Assembly: GCA_964016885.1 (NCBI GenBank)
Contig: OZ024741.1
Span: forward strand, 386,508,001-386,572,000
Source: Eledone cirrhosa
Taxonomy: Eukaryota
Direction: 5' to 3'
Length of the DNA stretch: 64,000 nucleotides
In this document: in pieces, positions 41,286 to 53,649 of the stretch
Layout: each line of letters starts with the position of its first letter
Position numbering within the stretch: position 1 is the stretch's first letter
The notes under the pieces: model-generated
What the model saw: the letters and a program-made list of their open reading frames with translations, nothing else
Told to the model about the DNA's origin: nothing
Databases searched by the model: none
Translations under genes and position numbers: made by a program

Positions 41286-41497
41286 AACTAAGGAGATTTG
41301 GTAAGGAACCAGATGGACCATAACGCACCAGAGTGCTCAATACTTAGGGTAGTAGAGTGGGTAATAGGGAAAAGTATGACCCCGACGGCAGAGCTCAAGC
41401 CGTTTCGACGGCTATTTCTGGACTAAATTAGAATTCTAATTTAGTCCAGAAATAGCCGTCGAAACGGCTTGAGCTCTGCCGTCGGGGTCATACTTTT

Positions 41498-41499
<2 letters not shown>
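41286..41499 (-). mobile_element. Family-A fold-back element with the longest perfect palindrome
   Basis: gaaaagtatgaccccgacggcagagctcaagccgtttcgacggctatttctggactaaattagaa|ttctaatttagtccag...catacttttt. Confidence 0.85.
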
Positions 41500-41537
<38 letters not shown>

Positions 41538-41539
41538 AA

Positions 41540-41925
41540 TTAAAAATTAGGGTACATTAGGTTCAGAAGTCTAAGAAGAGGGGTAACAGATATAAATTTT
41601 ATAAGTTTAACTTAGATCTATGATACTAATATTCAAGATGTTTATAAAATAGTTAAAGAAGGATGTCATAGGCAAAGTTAACGAGTATTGAGGGTTTGTA
41701 AAAGAAAAAGTGAAAGAATCTTTGTGGACAAGGGGGTAGTATCTCATTATTAGAATTGAGAAGGATGATTTTAAAAATAATAATTTCAAACGCTTCGATC
41801 AGACAAAAATTGCATTTACTTCTACCGCCTCCATAAGGTTTTGCTGTATTAATCGTATCCCACTTGAGAGAGTATCGGATATTATCCCTTTTTAGATGCC
41901 ACAAATATTTAAAAAAACAACTAAA
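41540..41925 (-). mobile_element. PLE GIY-YIG C-terminal fragment (Nematis-like)
   Basis: KYLWHLK..IRYSLKWDTI..AKPY..KCNFCLIE..LLNSNNE..PCP. Confidence 0.65.
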
Positions 41926-41947
41926 TATATAAATATTAAACAAATAA

Positions 41948-42131
41948 TTGTTTCTATTTTTGGCACAAGGCCATCAATTACCCAGTGCATTACTGGTACT
42001 TTATTTTATCGACCCCGTAAGGATGAAAGGCAAAGTTAACCTCGGTGGGATTTGAACTCAGACCGCAAAGGGACGTAACTATGCTGGAAAAGATGGCGTC
42101 CGACCCTCTAGCGATACTGCCAATCCACCAC
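41948..42131 (-). mobile_element. tRNA-derived Nin-type SINE
   Basis: Homologous to 18277-18452. Confidence 0.85.
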
Positions 42132-42409
42132 CCTATATTAAACAAATAATATAAATAAATAAGATCTGTCACAGGTTTGGTTTCCGTCATTCGACTGGCC
42201 TGGGGCCATATAGGAAAACGGCTTAATGATGTCAATACTTATTTCAGTCTATTACTTATTATCGATCTCTATTTACTTAAGTACTACGTGGCGGGACAAA
42301 AGCAAGAAAACGCGTGCACACACCCACCCACACACAACACACACAACACACACACGCGCACACACGCGCACACACAACACACACACGCGCACACATACAC
42401 ACACACACG

Positions 42410-42503
<94 letters not shown>

Positions 42504-42657
42504 GAATATAAATGTTTCAAATAATATATTTATGCAGAGTTGCAATTATTAGTTTCAAAGATATTTTTCGAGGAAAGCTGGATACAATTGGTAGTGTATA
42601 TGTATGTATGTGTGTGTATGTGTGTGTGTGTGTGTATGTGTGTATATATATATATAT

Positions 42658-42735
<78 letters not shown>

Positions 42736-42927
42736 CCGTTTAAATTTATAACCAGGGGAAAAAAAATGTACTCAGTAGAATGTATTCATTTATTTGAAGG
42801 TAGGTTTCCCTCCGTCACTAATGAGTTTTGCATTTCCGTTGTTTACATATATGTATACAAGTGTAGAAATACAATGTATATATATGTATGTATATATGTA
42901 TATATATATATACAATGTATATATATG

Positions 42928-43009
<82 letters not shown>

Positions 43010-43131
43010 TCTATATATATGTATGTGTATGTGTATATATATGTATGTATGTATATATATATGTATGTATGTATGTGTGTGTGTGTGTGTGTATATATAG
43101 ATACACAAATATATATGTGCGTGTATGTACG

Positions 43132-43183
<52 letters not shown>

Positions 43184-43674
43184 TACAATAACAGAGATAG
43201 CTTAAAGCTAAACTCTGACTGGTAACCATCTCACTCAACAAACATTAGGTTATATGTTAGTATAAACCCAATTTAAGTGTTTGGGGTGCTAACTATATGT
43301 ATTATGTGGAAAGCCAGTTGTATTATTTTATGAGATATAATTAAAGTTAAAATATATCTCTCTTTCCAAACAATCGTTTCATTATAAGTTTTCTACAAAT
43401 TAGGAGAATGTTTCCAGTTTATGTAGAAGCCTAACATATATTCATGTAAGAATATATTTAGGTGGGCGTTTATAAATCATCAGTGGAAGCCCATTAAACT
43501 TTGATATAAGAAAAAATTCTTACCGCAGTTAAAAATCGTGTCTGCTAAGCTGCTCCCTCACGCATCGAATGACCGCCAAATTTGAAATTCCAGCAGTTTT
43601 TGACTGAGGAAGTATTATAGCGTCACGAAGCGGGCGGGAAGGGGAGACAACTAATACACGAGAAAAGAAAAAAT

Positions 43675-44170
43675 AATATTCACGTGGGTTAATTAGTTTT
43701 TTCAAAAAACATTATCAATCCAACGTGTTAAGAACTCAATTGAAATTAAAAAAATAAATGCATGCGTGTATTAATTACACACGCATATAGATATTTTCTT
43801 AGGCTAAAAACAGAAGTCGTACCCGAATAACAAACCGCATTTCATAACCGTAGTAAATACGGAAAGTTACGCTTTAAAGGGCAATCGGGAATGTAAATCT
43901 CTGGCTCTGGCCGAATTAAGAGTAAAATATTAAATATACGTGGGTTAATTAGTTATTTCAAAACTAATATCAATTCCACGTGTTAAGAACTCAATTAATT
44001 TAAAAAATAAAAGTCTGCATGTAATTATTTACACAGGCATATATATATTTTCTTAGGCTATAAACAGAGAAGTGACAACCAAAAAACCATCATATCGCAC
44101 AACAGTAATAAATACGGAAAGTCATATTTATAAGGTACCTGGAAATAAATACCTCTGGCCAATCCGAACC
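43675..44170 (+). repeat. ~255-bp diverged tandem duplication
   Basis: cgtgggttaattagtt..cgtgttaagaactcaatt..ttttcttaggcta..aaatacggaaagt occurs twice. Confidence 0.75.
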
Positions 44171-44559
44171 TGAGATACTTTCTTTACATACTTGAAGGTT
44201 CTTTTTGTTACTTACAACCCTTGATGGTTAATTAGATTCTTAGACGACTGTTGGATTCGAACCCTCAATGATACTTTCTACATTGTTGACATTCTTTATT
44301 GATACTTACTTTTATTCCCTTGGTGGTACTTACTATTAGATTCGGGGCGACTGTTAGATTCGAACCCCTGATGGTTCTTTCTTTAAATTCCTTTTTTATT
44401 TTCTTTCATGAAAATAGAACCATTGAAGACACCGTCTACATTGTTTATTGGACAACCATTTTTGGAGCGACTGTTGGATTCGAAACCTTGATGCGGCTGT
44501 TTAAAATAGGTTTTACATCAAGTAAGAATATTTTCGAAACAGCAAGTGGATTTGAAATT

Positions 44560-44899
44560 ATTAGAAATGTTAGCTATCGCCGTATTTTGACTAAAGAAAT
44601 TAAAGAAATTATTTAGCCTGATCGTGGGGTTAAGAGCCCTCGGAGAAATGGAAAAAGATGAGTATTGACGTACATGGGAGTCGAACCCACATCTTCTAAT
44701 TTGAATAGAAAAAGGCGGGTGATGTGTTGGTGTAAATGGTAGTACAGTGGTCCGGATAACCAAAGATGTGGGTTCGACTCCCATGTACGTCAATACTCAT
44801 CTTTTTCCATTTCTCCGAGGGTTCTTAACCCCACTATCAGCCTAAATAATTTCTTTAATTTCTTTAGTCAAAATACGGCGATAGCTAACATTTCTAATA
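44560..44899 (+). mobile_element. tRNA-headed element with inverted (fold-back) duplication next to (TA)n
   Basis: 44560-44696 is the inverse of ~44763-44899; tRNA-like cloverleaf at ~44721-44792. Confidence 0.75.
44721..44792 (+). tRNA. tRNA-like sequence (pseudo-tRNA / SINE head)
   Basis: Acceptor GATGTGT/GTACGTC, A box TGGTGTAAATGG, arm TGGT-ccggata-ACCA, T arm GTGGG-TTCGACT-CCCAT, T5 run ~10 nt downstream; lacks U33 so probably non-functional. Confidence 0.5.
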
Positions 44900-44919
44900 A
44901 ATATATATATATGTATGTA

Positions 44920-44981
<62 letters not shown>

Positions 44982-44982
44982 A

Positions 44983-45034
<52 letters not shown>

Positions 45035-45651
45035 TTGCATATACGTTCAAAACACACCGGGACGTTGGAGGTGATGATAGAGTGTGAGTGGGAGGTAGTG
45101 GCGAAAAAATACATAAAGCGAGAAACAGATGGTGGGGAGAGTGTGAGAGAAGAGAGTAAGGGAAGGTGGAGGAGAGAAGAGGCGAGGAAAGTAGAGAAAG
45201 AGAGTGAAAGAACAGAAGAAGAACAGGGAAAATAAGACAGGAAGAAGACGGAGAAGAGAGAGAGCGAAAGAAATGTGGAGGGTGATGGTGATGACGGAGA
45301 GAAGAAATTTGGGGCTGATATCAGTTGGGATAGAAGAGAGAGAGGGAGGGAGGCAGAGAGGGGGGCATGAATAGAAGATTAGAAGAATAGAGAGAAAGTA
45401 ACGAAAAGATAAAAAGTGGGGAAGAGAGAGACGGAAGAGAAAGAAGGAGAAAGAGAGAGAGGGAGAAGAGAGAGAGAGAGAGAGAGGTCTTTTAAGTCTG
45501 AACATCAAAAAGAAGTATGTATGCCGGCATACATATACATAGAGACACATTCACAAACAAACATACACACTCAACACTCGCAAGTACACACAAGTGCATG
45601 CATACCTGCATAAATCCAAACACATATCCATGTACGCATACACACACACAT

Positions 45652-45722
<71 letters not shown>

Positions 45723-45724
<2 letters not shown>

Positions 45725-45858
45725 GGAAACAGTATGACCCCGACGGCAGAGCTCAAGCCGTCGGGGTCATACTTTTTCCTATTTCCCACTCTACTACCCT
45801 AAGTATTAAGTACTCTGGTACGTTATGGTCCATCTGATTCCTTACCACAATTCCTTTG

Positions 45859-45893
<35 letters not shown>

Positions 45894-46069
45894 AACCAGT
45901 AAGACCCCGACAGCTGAGCTCAAGCCGTTTCGACGGCTAATTCAGCCGTCGAAACGGCTTGAGCTCAGCTGTCGGGGTCTTACTGGTTCCTATTACCCAC
46001 TCTACTACCTCAAGTATTGAGTACTTTGGTGCGTTATGGTCCACCTGGTTCCTTACCACATTTCCTTCG

Positions 46070-46071
<2 letters not shown>
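45723..46071 (+). mobile_element. Two tandem family-A elements (45723-45860, 45890-46071)
   Basis: Palindrome plus tail, each ending in (TA)n. Confidence 0.8.
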
Positions 46072-46118
<47 letters not shown>

Positions 46119-46474
46119 TATATATATACATGCATATAAATATATGTGAATATATATATACACATATATTCAGACATGCATAAGTATGCACACATACACA
46201 CATACACACCGACATGCATGCATACATATATATACATACAAACACACTCATAAATATACACACACATGCATACATACAGACATACAAACATACATGCATA
46301 CATACATATATACATACATTCATACATACATATATAAATACATGTACCCATCCATAAATACATACATGCACACATATATTCATCCATCCATCCATCCATC
46401 CATCCATCCATCCATCCATACATACATACATACATACATACATACATACATACATACATACATACATACATACA

Positions 46475-46700
46475 TGATGATTACTTCATCTTGTCAGATG
46501 ATAGCAGTCACATTATTCATTGATCAGTGAAATTCTGTTCAATGTCGTGCACACGTGTGTTCTGAGATGACTCCTGAGACTAGCTGATGATTTACAAGGT
46601 CTGGAGCAAATATGACAGACAAAAGTCAGCGTCTAAACAGGATTGCTTGGATGTGTCTGTCCAATGACATTCCAATGCATGCGTCATTGCACTCCAGGTT
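46475..46700 (-). mobile_element. RTE-type LINE 3' end with C2H2 finger
   Basis: Manual translation FVCHICSRPCKSSASLRSHLRTH (~46552-46622), ending in gaagtaatcatc+(ATGT)n. Confidence 0.55.
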
Positions 46701-46959
46701 TCGACTTATACATTCTGCTGCACAATTTGATGCACATTGCACAAGTAATAATATATAGGGGTATGGGTACGACATTGATATAGTACCTGTAGATTGTTTC
46801 AATGAGTCTGTGTAGAATATATACACAGCTATCTCACTTGAAGCTCTTTAGATTATCAGGAAGGTTTGAAATCACTGATGGTTTCGACGATGAAAGTGTT
46901 AATTGTTCGACTAACAGAACAACCTAAAAAAAAGGTCTAAAGTCTGTCTCCTGGAAGCT

Positions 46960-47208
46960 CACCATGCCGGTGTTTGTTCCGGTTTCTGTGGCGTTAAGCG
47001 ACTGAAAGTACAAAACTCTCCACTCTAGACAGGACACCAGTCCACCACAATGTTAAACCCCAAGCTATTGGTGGCACGCATTTTCAACTGAGTAAACCGG
47101 AGCAACGTTAAATAAAGTGTTTTACTCAACACAGAACCCAGTCCAGGAATCGAACCCACAGCATTATGATCGTAAGTTCAGTACCCTTACCACAGGGCCA
47201 CGCGCCTA
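46960..47208 (-). mobile_element. tRNA(Arg)-like CORE-type SINE
   Basis: Minus strand: ggcgcgtggccctgtggtaagg..ttacgat..gtgggttcgattcc..tgtgttgagtaaaacacttta. Confidence 0.65.
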
Positions 47209-47339
47209 CACTGAAACAGTTTGCTCGCGAAATTAACGTGTAAGTGACTGAAAATTCCACAAACATGTGTTTGGTTAAGAGAATCAACGTGACATCGTGT
47301 GTGACAAGGCTAATTCTTTAAATTACAGGTACAGTCAAT

Positions 47340-47495
47340 CCAACGGGCTTCCACAGTTTCCCTCTACTCAATTTCACTTGGGTTGACCGGAAGCTATGGT
47401 TAATGACAATTTCCCAAGATGCTTCGCAGTAGTATCGAACTCGGCATCTAACGTTTGCGAAGTGGACCTCTTAATCGTACAACCATGTTGCCTCC
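47340..47495 (-). mobile_element. Diverged tRNA-derived CORE-type SINE
   Basis: Minus strand: tggttgtacgattaaga..gagttcgatac..catcttgggaaattgtc..ggaaactgtggaagcccg. Confidence 0.6.
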
Positions 47496-47505
47496 ATGGT
47501 ATAGT

Positions 47506-47594
47506 TTCTTCTTCTTCTTCTTCTTCTTCTTCTTCTTCTTCTTCTTCTTCTTCTTCTTCTTCTTCTTCTTCTTCTTCTTCTTCTTCTTCTTCTT
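47506..47594. repeat. (TTC)n microsatellite
   Basis: Direct reading. Confidence 0.95.
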
Positions 47595-47599
47595 GTAAG

Positions 47600-47860
47600 A
47601 CAGAACAAAGGAGAGAAAGAAAATAACAACAAAGGTAGTCACAGATGAGGTCACAGAATGCGTAACGAAAGAGGTTTGATGACAATCAACATCTAAACAA
47701 CTATCCGGTTATTAAACTAATCGTCTGGAAAATTATAATGATAAATTGAAGTGAAACCCAACAGGTGCATGTGTTTTTTTTTATTTCCAAGGTATAACAA
47801 TATCTGTTTCAACAAACGTTTTCAGATAAAAAAATCTTGCAAAACAAATACAAAAATCAA
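47600..47860 (+). mobile_element. PLE pLTR fragment related to the 3' end of the 49667-52010 element
   Basis: 47787-47846 is a diverged inverse of 49670-49730; degenerate HHR gtca-CAGATGA..GAAAGAGGTT-tgat. Confidence 0.55.
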
Positions 47861-47909
47861 ATATATATATATACACACACACACATACATACATATCTAT
47901 CTATCTATA

Positions 47910-49535
47910 TCTGCACAAACACTCTCCCCCTGTCAAATACTTCCACAAACACCTGCACAAACACTCCACCACACAACACACCCCTCCCATCTACCCCTGA
48001 TTCAGAAGTCTCAGATACGGGAACCTCTACATCTCCAAGTGAGAATGAAGAGGAACCCCAAAAATCCAAAAATCCAAAAAAGACACAAAAAAGACACAAA
48101 AACATCTACAGAAAACACGCACACACCCAACCCCACCATAAACACACCACCACAAACGACAAACACACCAATAACACAATCACCATCAACACAACCAAAC
48201 ACTTCACCAACAAAACAAACACCCACACCACCACAATCACAAACCCCAACCACAAAAAGAAAACTACAAACACAAACAGTACACATAAAAAACAAAACAC
48301 ACTACACATACATAAAAACAAGAAACAAAGAACTGATGGAAACTGTCCGAAAGGACCCCACAATACAAACGCAAGGGAAAACCTTCCCCACCAACGACCC
48401 ACCCCTAAACCTCAAACTTATCAGGGTAACAACCCTACAGTATGAAACTTTAAAAGAGAACTTCCCACATGATGTGGTCCCCTCCTTGCCAAAAGCCCCT
48501 TAACCGTGTCCTGCTAAAAGGATTCCCTCCCTCCCTAAACACCACCAATCTGGACATGGAGATCGAACAACCCGACCTCCAGGAAACGAAAAGGTAAGTG
48601 TTCCTGCCTTTTCTCTCCTTAACTCTTCTTCACCAACATGGCGACTATACAAGCTGGATGTTTGAATGTACGTGACCTGGGCATGTCCTGGAAACAGGGC
48701 CAGCTTTTAAATGATCTCAGGTCACATTGTATAGATGTGATAGCCATCACCGAGTCCAGGATCACGACAAGCAGCAGCCAACCCCCATGTTCGATGATTT
48801 TGAGATCTACGCATCTCTCTATCAGCCAGGAGGTGGATGGGGAGTTGCTGTTCTGTTTCGAAAAATCTTGGATCTCAAAAGACAAACGATTCACTTGAAC
48901 CTGGAGGGCAGCCTGGTGGTCCTGGACGTGAATGGTAGTGAAGGTGGGAGCTTTCAGACTGGTGACCAGTCTGAAGGTGGAGTTTTCAGACTGGGACATC
49001 GCGACCAGAGCTCTTCAAGCGTCTGGAGCCATTCCTGGGAACGTCTCGCTCCTTAGTGTTAGCGGGGGACTGGAATGGCATCTTAGACGCACGTTGGGAC
49101 TATGTAGGACCTTGTGATAATAGAGGGGGGTGTAATAGCCTAAAAGATCTCATCAGCCAATTCCAACTGACTGATAGATATCGACACTGAGAGAGGTGCT
49201 ACACCCCAGTAAATTCGCTGAAAGGTGGGTGAATGTGGCAAAAATCGCCCGAGTGAATGGGCCTTCTCTGTATATAAACCTGTAGGTTGAGGAAGATAAA
49301 CAGAGGGAAGACAGGAACACCTACAAAACGTGTTCCTGGTGTTGAGGGTTGTTCTACCCACGGGGTGTAAAACAACTCTGCAGTAACGTTCCCCCCTACT
49401 GGGGATTTCAATTGTTATTTTATTATATAGAGTTTATTGTTATTTATTAATGTTAAAGTTATTTTTATGTAAAACCCCCGCCGTCACGTCTTGTAATGTC
49501 CCATTTTTGTACGCTCCTGTGGCAAATAAAGAAAG
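47910..49535 (+). mobile_element. Internally deleted Tx1-like LINE (ORF1 end + APE start fused to 3' end)
   Basis: MATIQAGCLNVRDLGMSWKQGQLLNDLR; jumps at ~49185 to the ORF2 C-terminus/3'UTR ending ctgtggcaaataaagaaag. Confidence 0.8.
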
Positions 49536-49589
49536 ATATCTATATATAGATATGTGTGTGTGTGTGCAGAAGGTAACACCTCCACTTTG

Positions 49590-49666
<77 letters not shown>

Positions 49667-49670
<4 letters not shown>

Positions 49671-52010
49671 AGTTTTGCGAGGTTTTTTATATGAAATCGT
49701 GTGTCGAAACAAATATTGTTATACTTGGGGAGGGTCATATTTGTGTAATATTGCCAGAATTAATAACAGAACACACTCACTCTTTGGGTGGTTTTCGCTT
49801 TTCGCTTCTATGTCTTTTATATCGGTAATTTAATTTATTCGGTCCTCAATGTTGCCATTGACTGACCAACGATCAAAAATACAGATACAATATAGACACA
49901 AACACATATATATAGTTTATCAAAGTTCTTTCGTTGCACATCTGCAACACCTTCAGTGGCGCTATTGTTTCCTCCCGTTGCATTGTATTTTCTACGCCAT
50001 CTTTATTTAGTCTGTTTATATATTTATTTGTTTATTTTATTTTGTCTTCTTTGCGCATGCGTTTGCGTGTGTGTATAGTGTTTTGTTTGATGTGTGTTCG
50101 TGATTGGGTGACTGTGTATTGGTTAATGTATTCTATCTTTACTAGTGTGTGTTTATATGTGTTTGTTATTGTGCTTGTGTATGTATTTATTTATTTATTT
50201 ATCTATTTATTTATTTATACTTCTTTTAGGTCAGTGTTGTTTGTTTGGGTTTTGTTGTTATTCCATTTATTCTTTCTGTTTAGCCTTGGCATTCTAAGTT
50301 CTATTTCACTGGCCTCTCTGATTTGCCTATCTGCTGGGTCATTTCTATGTTTAGATATTATTCTAATTTCTATGTTGTCTATGTTACCGTCGTGTTGTTG
50401 TCTGGCATGTTCGTATAGTACTGAACCGTTTTTTCGTCCTTTTAGTTCCCCCCAGTGTTGGTCTATCCTTTCACCTATGCTACGAGCTCTCTCGCCTATG
50501 TATGTTGTTGTCATGTTTCTGCAAGTACCCTCTGTACATCTTATGCTATAGACTACGTTTCTAGTTTTACAGTTTATCCGGGGGTTTACCTTACATATGA
50601 TACATTTCCTATTAGTACAGTGGGTTTTCTTAAAAGGGTAGGTTTTGCTGATCAGGGATTTTATGGTGGTTCCTGGCTTTTCTACCCCCTTAATCTTTAA
50701 GTGGGTCTTTCTCAGGACCTTTCTACACTGGTTAGCTAATTTCCCTCCAGGAGTAGCGTCCACAAGCATGACACTCTGGTATCTCTGGTTGTCGTACCAT
50801 GAGGTGGCGTTCCCTATCTTATGTCTAGCCCTATCTAAGCTATTCCATGATTTGCTCCTGTATAATGGGCAGATTCCTTTCATGTCCAGTTCTATGAGGG
50901 TCTTATACTTCTCCGTGGCTCCTTCGTATACTCTGACTATGTCTCTTTGGTTGTAGCCAGAGAACTGCATGCGGTTGATGAAGTGTTGGATGTGTCTTTC
51001 CATTTCTGTTGGGTCGCACATGCGGGACACGTTCTTCATCACTCGTACCAAGTCTGCGATCAGAATATTAAACTTAGCACTACTGGACATTGCTGAGTTT
51101 TTGAGTATCAGGTATTTGGAGGCCATGGACTTAGCGTAGTGTGAGTGGAGAATTTGGGCTCTCTCGTCTATACTGTTAATCCAGAGTTCCGTGTCTAATA
51201 CAGGTAGTCTATTGTTAGGGTGTTTGGAAGGGTAGTCGATAGTTACAGTTATACTCTGGTGTATGGAATTAGCTATCTGCTGGATGCTTTCCATTGTGCT
51301 ACGTTCTAAATCAAACTTGTTAGTGCTCGCTTGTGGGGATGTTCTTATTACTATATTGATATCGTCTACGTAACGAGAGTACATGATGAGGTCTATGGAG
51401 CTCTCATTAAGAAGATCTTTAAGTCTCCTTTCCCACCATACCATAAAAAGGTTGGCAACGTCACCAGCTATGCTGACGCCAATAGCTGCTCCCTCATTTT
51501 GGGTGTAGATCTTCTCGTTGAACTTGAATATGTGGCCCTTTAGGGTAGTTATGATACTAGCCCCTATTGCATGTGCGACTATTTTTCTTACCCGATCATT
51601 GTTTTGGGGGGTCCGTATAGCTTTGGTCCACCCAATCCACCTTCCCATGGGAGTCCTTTTAGCCATTTAGGTTATGGTGGGGGTCTACCTCTTATGGGTC
51701 TACTGGGGCAGAAACGTCTAAGGTCATGGCTGTCTAGGTAGTCAGTGTCATAGGTAAGTCTAAGTAGGAGGCCCAGTTCATCAGTGTCGACGTTGCAGAA
51801 CTCCACCTCACTCTCAATGATCATCTCCACACATTTTTCCACAGCAAAATCAATGTTAATGGATGGGTACACTGATACCACATCCATGCTGCCTATTATG
51901 CAGTTGGATAGGTTCCTGTTTTTGTTGCACTCACTGATTCTGCTGAGGAGGTCCTCAGAATCAGTGAGTGCAACAAAAACAGGAACCTATCCAACTGCAT
52001 AATAGGCAGC
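49667..52010 (-). mobile_element. 5'-truncated Penelope-like element (possibly Naiad-type) with a fold-back 5' end
   Basis: MDVVSVYPSI, GAAIG..ANLFM, YSRYVDD, LPVLD, FSGY, DATPGGKL, CTNRKCIIC, VVYSIRC..YIGE, RQIREA, LNRK; 3' end at (TA)n. Confidence 0.85.
50215..51666 (-). CDS. PLE RT C-half + GIY-YIG endonuclease open frame
   Basis: 483-aa ORF with the motifs above; upstream part lies in another frame (51672-51887). Confidence 0.75.
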   Translation of the reverse strand: MAKRTPMGRWIGWTKAIRTPQNNDRVRKIVAHAIGASIITTLKGHIFKFNEKIYTQNEGAAIGVSIAGDVANLFMVWWERRLKDLLNESSIDLIMYSRYVDDINIVIRTSPQASTNKFDLERSTMESIQQIANSIHQSITVTIDYPSKHPNNRLPVLDTELWINSIDERAQILHSHYAKSMASKYLILKNSAMSSSAKFNILIADLVRVMKNVSRMCDPTEMERHIQHFINRMQFSGYNQRDIVRVYEGATEKYKTLIELDMKGICPLYRSKSWNSLDRARHKIGNATSWYDNQRYQSVMLVDATPGGKLANQCRKVLRKTHLKIKGVEKPGTTIKSLISKTYPFKKTHCTNRKCIICKVNPRINCKTRNVVYSIRCTEGTCRNMTTTYIGERARSIGERIDQHWGELKGRKNGSVLYEHARQQHDGNIDNIEIRIISKHRNDPADRQIREASEIELRMPRLNRKNKWNNNKTQTNNTDLKEV

Positions 52011-52594
52011 TCCGATGAATTGACTGGTTATAACTTTGTATTGGTGATCGAATAACGTGAAAACAAGCGGGTAGCGATCTCTAGACCTACCAGTTCAGAG
52101 AAACAATTGTCAGCAATGAGATTAAAAACCTTTTTTGTATAGCAAACCGTGTCACTCTTCTTTCCTGATTTATCATTACTCCAAGTGTTTACAACATAGG
52201 AATTACAGCGTACTCGCAACATCACTATGGAAACGCCTTGTTGATTCAAACTTAGCCAAGCGTTGATATCATCCACTACCCGGAGTACCTCGTTGGCCTC
52301 ACACACACACGCATACACACACACACGCATACATATAACATATTTGTATCGGCCCCAGAAACCATTGCCCAGCCAAGGCATCGAACACGGAATCACATGA
52401 CACACAATTGCAAACTTCTTAACAATACGGCTAAATACGTATACACACGGACGTCACACATACTCACATAGCGTAATTAACACTTTACCATTAAACCGGC
52501 CATATCCGGCCAGATTTCTCTCACCTCTTTCTGTTCAAACCGGCTCTAACCGGCTGCTCCTACTAATGTTAAGGTATTGTTCCCCAAATAAATA

Positions 52595-52755
52595 ATTGTT
52601 TCTACTTTTGGCACAAGGCCAGCAATTACCCAGTACATTACTGGTATTTTATTTTATCGACCCCGTAAGGATGAAAGGCAAAGTTAACCTTGGCGGGATT
52701 TGAACTCAGATCGTAAAGGGACGTAACTCTTTGCGTCAAAGCATGGCGTCCGATC
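52595..52755 (-). mobile_element. 5'-truncated Nin-type SINE
   Basis: Homologous to 18277-18452. Confidence 0.8.
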
Positions 52756-53457
52756 CTTAAATAATATCAAAATATCACAGATTCGATGTTATGTGAGATA
52801 ATTATGTGGGATAATGCCTTTACTGTGAAAATATAATAGTATATATAAAGTAATATAAATGCGAAAGGGTTAAATAACATTATGTTCCTGAAATGTTTTG
52901 ATGGCAATGGAAATGCTGAACTGAATGTACGATATATCAAGCCCAATGGATTTTCACTTTGTATCCTTTCTAAAGCTCCTTTCACAACCGGAAGTCTATC
53001 ATCTTTAAGTGGAAATCATCCAACTGAATGACTTATACTATGAATTTTTTGTTCCTCCATAATATTCAATGGAACGTTATGTGGCACTTAAACACAAAGG
53101 CTCAATACAAACGGAAAACTACGTTGTTTGTTATTTTATTCTATATTCTATATTATTTTATTTTATATATTTTTTCAATAAACACTCATTGATATTGTAG
53201 AACTCTTCTCCATTACGATAATACAATCGAACATCTAACGGATCTCCAAGTTTTGTCTAAAAATTCTCTATTATAATTTCTAAAAATCAAGTAATAGGTT
53301 GAACCAGCTTGGCCTGATCTCAGTGGTAATGCAATGGTTAAAGGAAGCGAAATGAATAATAAACAAGCTATGCATATGTAAATAGCGTGTCGACAATTCT
53401 GATTGGACGGTCAAAATTAATAATTCAAACATCGCCATTATTTGTGATAAGCATGTA

Positions 53458-53566
<109 letters not shown>

Positions 53567-53649
53567 GACGTGTGGAACATCACCAGTAAACTTTTTTGTA
53601 AATTTCTATACAAAAAACTGAACAAATTGTTTGAAAAAACATATCATTT

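Noticed and set aside
43640-43655. gggagacaact / gggaggtaact (4754) as Helentron-type subterminal motifs
   Set aside because: The motif alone is too short; element boundaries could not be defined.
46545-46790. Host C2H2 zinc-finger exon
   Set aside because: Single finger preceded by stop codons and followed by an RTE-like 3' end; better explained as a LINE C-terminus.
52477-53342. TTAA-bounded DNA transposon (piggyBac-like MITE)
   Set aside because: Terminal inverted similarity is weak and no transposase motif was recognised.
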